Source: an uncultured Desulfatitalea sp.
GTDB taxonomy: Bacteria > Desulfobacterota > Desulfobacteria > Desulfobacterales > Desulfosarcinaceae
Assembly (NCBI GenBank): GCA_963668675.2
Contig: CAXXMB010000001.1
Span: 1,408,001 to 1,472,000, forward strand
Direction of reading: 5' to 3'
DNA: 64,000 nucleotides
Shown: one piece after another, positions 58,820 through 64,000 of the stretch
Layout of the letters: every line of letters begins with the position of its first letter
How positions within the stretch are numbered: the first letter of the stretch is position 1
Position numbers and translations under genes: made by a program
The notes under the pieces: generated by a model
Database searches by the model: none
Told to the model about the DNA's origin: nothing
What the model saw: the letters and a program-made list of their open reading frames with translations, nothing else

Positions 58820-60139
58820 CTAAGGAGCATTGTTGGATCGCTTGAGCGTAAAAGAGAAGGTCGTCCCCTTTTCAACCGCTGTGTGGACATCCAAGCGACT
58901 CTCATAACCTTCCAAAATACGATGGACAATGGACAGGCCTAAACCAGTACCTTCCGATTTTGTTGTAAAAAACGGATCGAAAATGGTCTGAACCACCTCG
59001 TTCGGCATGCCACATCCATTGTCGATCACATGGATGCTAACCTCATTGTTCTTGATCGGAACAGTATGGATTTCAATCAGACCATCTCCGGAAACGGCTT
59101 CTGCAGCATTCAACATCAAATTCCAGAGAACCTGGCGCAGATGCGTAGAGTCCATCAACACTCTGATTCCTGGGGAGAGCGTTGTCTTTATATCAATTCG
59201 GCTGGCATGATTGGTATCCTTCTCGAACAAGTTGACCACATCCGATATGGCTTTTTCGAGATCGAGGATTTCCGGTTTACCGGCGGGCGGCCTGGCAAAA
59301 AATAAGAAATCGTTCACTAGGGTACCTAACCGATCGGTTTCCCGCACCACGATCTCCATCAAACGCTCGTGATCCGGATCGTAACGCATATCCTCCCTGA
59401 GAAGTTGTATGGATCCCACCAAAGAGGCAAGGGGATTTTTGATCTCATGGGCCAGACCGGCCGCCATCTCTCCCATGTAGGCCATCTTTTCGACCCTTTT
59501 AAGATTGGACTCCATGGCAGTCAGTTCTGCCTGGGTCTTCCGATTTTGCTCTGTCAGCAAACCACTCAAAACCGCAACAGCAAAACAAGCCACCGTTGTA
59601 ATAAAAATCTTATAGGCAACGTAAGTCCCGTCCAGGCTGTTAGCACCACCTCCCCCAATGGCCGTTACATAAGGGATTGCAATGGCAAACTGCATCAGGA
59701 CAAGTACAGCGTATTGTGCACTGCAGAACAGCGCAATTAAAAGGCCACCCCGAAGGTAGAGAATCATACTGCCGTAAATGATGACCACAAGGTAGAGAAA
59801 AGTAAACAGACTGAAGAACCCACCTGTGATCAAAACTATGAGAGATACAACGAAGGAGTCGATCGCGATTTGAATATAGGCAAATAATTCAGGACGTACT
59901 ATTCTTGGTAAAAGCGTGGCATAAAGCAAAGAAAGAAGAAAAATCGCTGCTATGACCAGATAAATAATTGCAACTAATGGCTTGTCGGCCGAAATTCCCA
60001 TGCGAAACTGGAATAGCACGGTGGTCCCTAAGAGCAGTGCGGTAAAAACCAGCCTCGAAAGCATCAGCCATCTTAACTTGGGATGAATGCTTTTTGTTAA
60101 TATCGGTGATGGGTGAATGATCTGTCGAAATTGTGGCAA
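58820..60139 (-). CDS. pilS: PilS-like sensor histidine kinase
   Basis: Multi-TM N-terminus (LRWLMLSRL), LAHEIKNPL, NLMLNA, DNGCG, FDPFFTTK, GTGLGL; follows pilC; start uncertain. Confidence 0.85.
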   Translation of the reverse strand: MPQFRQIIHPSPILTKSIHPKLRWLMLSRLVFTALLLGTTVLFQFRMGISADKPLVAIIYLVIAAIFLLSLLYATLLPRIVRPELFAYIQIAIDSFVVSLIVLITGGFFSLFTFLYLVVIIYGSMILYLRGGLLIALFCSAQYAVLVLMQFAIAIPYVTAIGGGGANSLDGTYVAYKIFITTVACFAVAVLSGLLTEQNRKTQAELTAMESNLKRVEKMAYMGEMAAGLAHEIKNPLASLVGSIQLLREDMRYDPDHERLMEIVVRETDRLGTLVNDFLFFARPPAGKPEILDLEKAISDVVNLFEKDTNHASRIDIKTTLSPGIRVLMDSTHLRQVLWNLMLNAAEAVSGDGLIEIHTVPIKNNEVSIHVIDNGCGMPNEVVQTIFDPFFTTKSEGTGLGLSIVHRILEGYESRLDVHTAVEKGTTFSFTLKRSNNAP

Positions 60140-60359
60140 AGAATTAACACGCCTTATATGGGAATCAGGTTAAGCAAATAGAAACCTTATTAACATTATA
60201 CCGTTTTTCTATTACATAGTTTCATTACCCAGTATCATGTTACATGTTTTGTGGCTATCTCTCGTTATTTTCGAAGAAAATACAAAGCGATTAGGATCAG
60301 AATTCTTGGCATTAAGGTACTATTTCTATATGTGTGTCAATCAGGACAACAAACTCCTA

Positions 60360-61568
60360 TCAACCAATAGCTCCAGCCATTTTAAAAATGGGTAAGTACA
60401 TGGCAACAATTAGCCCGCCGATGACAACACCTAAGAAAACGATCATCATAGGTTCAATCATGGCTGTCAAATTTTCAACCGCTTGGTCTACTTCTTCGTC
60501 ATAAAAATCAGCGATTTTTTCCAGCATGGCATCTAAAGCACCCGTTGATTCACCAACAGCAATCATCTGGCAAACCATTGCGGGAAAGACACCACTGGCC
60601 TGAAGTGGATCAGCCATCGTTCGTCCTTCTGCGATACCAGTTCGAACCGAGTAAATGGCATTTTCAATTATTTTATTACCAGATGTTTTGGCGACGATAT
60701 CCAAGGCATCCAAAATGGCTACACCACTTCCTAACATGGTCCCCATAGTTCGGGTGAATTTTGCTACAGCTACTTTTCTCAGGAGAATGCCAAATACAGG
60801 CAACTTTAAAATCGCAGCATCTACTACCAATTTACCTTTATTGGTTTTGTAGTACTGCCTAAATGCAATAGCAAAAAGAATTACTGCGCCTATAATAATA
60901 TGAATTTTAGATTTTACGAACTCACTTATTGCAATGACTATTAGTGTCGGTGTTGGTAATGTGGAACCAAAATCAGCAAACATCTCCTGGAACACAGGTA
61001 TAACAAATACTAAGATAATAGCGACAACAATGACGGCTACAGCGATAGTAATCGCCGGATAGACCATTGCACCCTTTACTTTGCGTTTAAGGGAAGCCGC
61101 CTTTTCCATATAGCCGGAGAGGCGCTTTAAAATCACATCCAGGATACCGCCGGCCTCACCAGCCGCGACCATGTTCACGAAAAGATTGTCGAACTGCTTG
61201 GGATATCGCTTTAGAGAGTCAGCCAGAGTGGAACCGCCCTCTACAGAGTCCTTGATCTGCTTCAGCATCTTTTTGAAGGTGGGGTTCTCCTGCTGGGACT
61301 GAAGGATGTCCATGCATTGGATGATGGGCAGGCCTGCATCGATCATGGTGGAAAATTGCCTCGCAAAGATGATGATGTCCTTCTCTTTGACTTTCGGCTG
61401 CATAAAAGCGACATTTTCAAACAGGTCTTTGGGCTTTTTCTTGACTTTGGTCGGGGCGATCCGTATTCGGTTCAGATGTGCACGCACTGCTTCCTCACTG
61501 GCGGCTTCCAGTTCCCCTTTTTGAGTCTGGTTATTTCGATTCTTCCCTTCCCACAAAAAAACCGGCAT
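60360..61568 (-). CDS. pilC: Type IV pilus platform protein (GspF family)
   Basis: FARQFSTMIDAGLP, AGEAGGILD..L.RL, MVYP, VGESTGALDAML.K, AMYLPIF. Confidence 0.95.
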   Translation of the reverse strand: MPVFLWEGKNRNNQTQKGELEAASEEAVRAHLNRIRIAPTKVKKKPKDLFENVAFMQPKVKEKDIIIFARQFSTMIDAGLPIIQCMDILQSQQENPTFKKMLKQIKDSVEGGSTLADSLKRYPKQFDNLFVNMVAAGEAGGILDVILKRLSGYMEKAASLKRKVKGAMVYPAITIAVAVIVVAIILVFVIPVFQEMFADFGSTLPTPTLIVIAISEFVKSKIHIIIGAVILFAIAFRQYYKTNKGKLVVDAAILKLPVFGILLRKVAVAKFTRTMGTMLGSGVAILDALDIVAKTSGNKIIENAIYSVRTGIAEGRTMADPLQASGVFPAMVCQMIAVGESTGALDAMLEKIADFYDEEVDQAVENLTAMIEPMMIVFLGVVIGGLIVAMYLPIFKMAGAIG

Positions 61569-62108
61569 GGCGATCTCCAAAGCTATCTGTGCATTTTTAA
61601 GGCGTAAAAGAGAAGCGGCCTATCCCTTCGCTTCTCTTGTGTGCCAAATTATCGACGCACCACTTAAGCAAAGTTGCGGCCAGCAGCGACTGCTGCCGTG
61701 CTTTCATCTTTTTCTGCAACCCACATAGCCTGATATTGTTCATGATTTTGGTATCATAAACTGGTTCAAACAACAACAAATTTATTATTTGCCAATTCGC
61801 AATCCCCTGCGTTTTTAAGCACCTGTAGAATACAAGCAAAAACAATACCAGACAATCTCATCTCACATCCGTTCCACTCAACCTTCAAGAAGTCTGATAA
61901 AGAGACACGTCCATTCTATATGGCAGGTCGATTGTGCACGCCTCTATAGTCTACTTGTATCCTTATGGACAATGCCATGTTTCTTTATATTCTATAAACC
62001 CTTTTCATTAAATCCTCCCCCCATGAACAATCGCAGGTAGTGCTTGCCAAAAATGGCCCGATATGCAAAGGTTGGTATCACAGAACCACTTAAAAATATG
62101 AGGAATCC

Positions 62109-64000
62109 ATGTCGTCACCGTGCCCTGCCAAACCGAAGAATACCATACCGGCAGACAATGATCTGACCATTATTACCACCCACATCAACGCAGACTTCGA
62201 TGCGATGGCCTCGATGCTGGCAGCTCAAAAGCTCTACCCGGGCGCATTGGTTGTTTTTCCAGGATCTCAGGAGAAGAACCTGCGCAATTTCTTCATCCAA
62301 TCCATGGTCTACCTCTTCAACCTCGCCGAAATAAAAGATATCGATTTTGATAGGGTCACGCGACTGGTGCTCGTCGACACGCGAAGTGCAGACCGAATTG
62401 GCAAACTGGCTCAAATACTCCACAACCCGGGCCTTGAGATCCACATCTACGATCACCATCCCATCAAAAGTGACGACATCTTCGGACAGCACGAAGTTCA
62501 CCGCATCACCGGGGCAACGGCCACCATCCTTACGGAGCTGATCCAAACTCAGGATAAACACTTGACCGCCGAAGAGGCCACCATTATATGTTTGGGGATC
62601 TACGAAGACACCGGTGCATTCACCTTTCCTTCTACCACGGCTGAAGACCTCCAGGCCGCATCCTATCTGGTGGCTCAGGGGGCCAACATTAATGTGATTG
62701 CCAATCTCATTGCCCGCGAAATCAGCCCAGAACAGATTCAATACCTCAATGATCTGATTCAAGCCGCAACCCGCTATGTCATTGACGGCATAGAGATTGT
62801 CGTTACGACGGCAACCTTCGAACACTACCTGCCCGATTTCGCCTTCCTGATCCACAAAATGGTAAAAATGGAGGACATCAGCGCAGTTTTCGCATTGGCC
62901 ATGATGGAAAACAAAGTCTATATCGTAGGACGCAGCAGGACCGAAGAGGTGGATGTCGGGGACATCATCAGCGCCATGGGAGGCGGCGGTCACCCATCAG
63001 CCGCGGCGGCCACGATTAAGGGCCAAACGCTGACCCAGGTCGAACAGACACTCTTAAAGGAGCTCAATAAGCGTGTCAAAGGCCAACGCCAGGCAAACCA
63101 GCTCATGTCGTCGCCCCCCATCTCCGTTAATGTCGACCTGACCTGTGAGGAGGCCAACAATACTCTGACCCGCTACAACATCAACGCCTTGCTGGTCACC
63201 TCCACAAATGATGGGCCATCCCGGCTGGTCGGATACATCACCCGGCAAGTGATCGAAAAGGCCATTTTCCACCACCTTGGAGACGTAGCGGTAAAAGAGT
63301 ATATGAACACCGAACTGTTGACCGTCTCTCCAGAGGCCGACCTGCAAGAAGTTCAGGAAAAAATCATCGGTAACAAGCAGCGCATACTGCCTGTGACGGA
63401 TAGCGATCAGGTTTTAGGCGTAATCACCCGAACCGACTTGCTGAACATGCTGGTCCAAAACCGTACCGGCAGAAACCGACCGCACGACCCATTCCAGCAC
63501 GCATCGCAAAGACACACACGCAACATCACCAATTTCATGAATGAAAGACTGCCCGGTCGGGTCATGCAGTTGCTTCGGGATATCGGCCAGGTAGCAAACC
63601 AGTTGAACCATTCGGCCTTTGTCGTCGGAGGGTTTGTTCGCGATCTCTTCCTCTATCGCTCCAATGAGGATATCGATATTGTTGTCGAAGGCGATGGTAT
63701 CGTATTTGCCAGGGCGTTTGCTGAAAAATTCGGCACACGGTTGCACACCCACAAAGTTTTTGGAACGGCAGTCATCATTTTCCCCGACGGATTCAAAATT
63801 GATGTCGCCACCTCCCGGATGGAGTATTACCGCTCTCCGGCGGCACTGCCCGATGTAGAGATGAGCTCGATCAAGCTGGATCTCTTCAGAAGGGACTTTA
63901 CGATTAACACCCTGGCGATCCAACTGACCCCGGAGAAATTCGGCCAGCTGATCGACTTCTTTTCCGCCCAAAAAGACATTAAAGACAAGGCCATCCGGGT
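62109..64000 (+). CDS. DHH/DHHA1-CBS-tRNA nucleotidyltransferase fusion (probable A-adding enzyme), partial, runs off the window
   Basis: TTHINADFDA, DHH, EDTG, GGGGH..AAAA, CBS pair, VGGFVRDL...DIDIVVEG, DLFRRDFTINTLAI; missing from the ORF track because no stop occurs in the window. Confidence 0.92.
   Translation, partial: MSSPCPAKPKNTIPADNDLTIITTHINADFDAMASMLAAQKLYPGALVVFPGSQEKNLRNFFIQSMVYLFNLAEIKDIDFDRVTRLVLVDTRSADRIGKLAQILHNPGLEIHIYDHHPIKSDDIFGQHEVHRITGATATILTELIQTQDKHLTAEEATIICLGIYEDTGAFTFPSTTAEDLQAASYLVAQGANINVIANLIAREISPEQIQYLNDLIQAATRYVIDGIEIVVTTATFEHYLPDFAFLIHKMVKMEDISAVFALAMMENKVYIVGRSRTEEVDVGDIISAMGGGGHPSAAAATIKGQTLTQVEQTLLKELNKRVKGQRQANQLMSSPPISVNVDLTCEEANNTLTRYNINALLVTSTNDGPSRLVGYITRQVIEKAIFHHLGDVAVKEYMNTELLTVSPEADLQEVQEKIIGNKQRILPVTDSDQVLGVITRTDLLNMLVQNRTGRNRPHDPFQHASQRHTRNITNFMNERLPGRVMQLLRDIGQVANQLNHSAFVVGGFVRDLFLYRSNEDIDIVVEGDGIVFARAFAEKFGTRLHTHKVFGTAVIIFPDGFKIDVATSRMEYYRSPAALPDVEMSSIKLDLFRRDFTINTLAIQLTPEKFGQLIDFFSAQKDIKDKAIR

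Noticed and set aside
60140..60359. dif site or small gene in the AT-rich pilC-pilS spacer
   Set aside because: No 11-6-11 Xer arrangement and no credible ORF found.
62054..62068. sigma54-like TGGCCC...TGCA upstream of the last gene
   Set aside because: GG-GC spacing is 8, not the required 10.
62115..63971. Minus-strand ORFs of 292, 97 and 185 aa
   Set aside because: Antisense to the real plus-strand DHH/CBS/nucleotidyltransferase gene that runs off the window.
1..64000. CRISPR array, prophage, rRNA, reverse transcriptase/DGR or defence island
   Set aside because: No spaced repeats, phage genes, rRNA-like sequence or RT motifs seen.

Overview
A 64-kb chromosomal core-genome window from a sulfate-reducing Desulfobacterota bacterium, probably Desulfobacterales (inferred from gene content and order). 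In order: the 3' end of a Fis-HTH regulator; a sigma54-driven PilZ-like gene, an M23 peptidase and a lipoprotein; hemL; a degenerate KptA/Tpt1 homologue; tRNA-Lys(CTT); rpsF-rpsR-rplI-dnaB-hflX-suhB; a divergent full-length DnaA paralogue facing uvrA across an ~800-bp AT-rich spacer; a stand-alone F0 ATP synthase operon; pyrK, pgeF, comF, icd, rlmB, gmk, remA, yicC; a ~30-kb LPS/outer-membrane cluster (hldE, gmhA, msbA, lpxL, glycosyltransferases, Kdo kinase, lpxK, lptFG, lysS, lol, bamA, skp, lpxD, fabZ, lpxA, lpxI, gnnA-like, lpxB, DUF374); a secreted FN3/Ca-repeat surface protein behind a sigma54 promoter and c-di-GMP-I riboswitch; an IS1595-family element with intact ends and a nonsense-broken transposase; pilS, pilC; and the start of a DHH/CBS/tRNA nucleotidyltransferase. 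Best leads: the DnaA paralogue with an altered recognition helix and its phased T-tract region, the sigma54 + riboswitch surface-protein module, the eroded KptA, the deoxyhypusine-synthase-like gene heading gmhA-hldE, and an abrupt codon-composition shift inside pilC. All calls were made by eye, without database searches.
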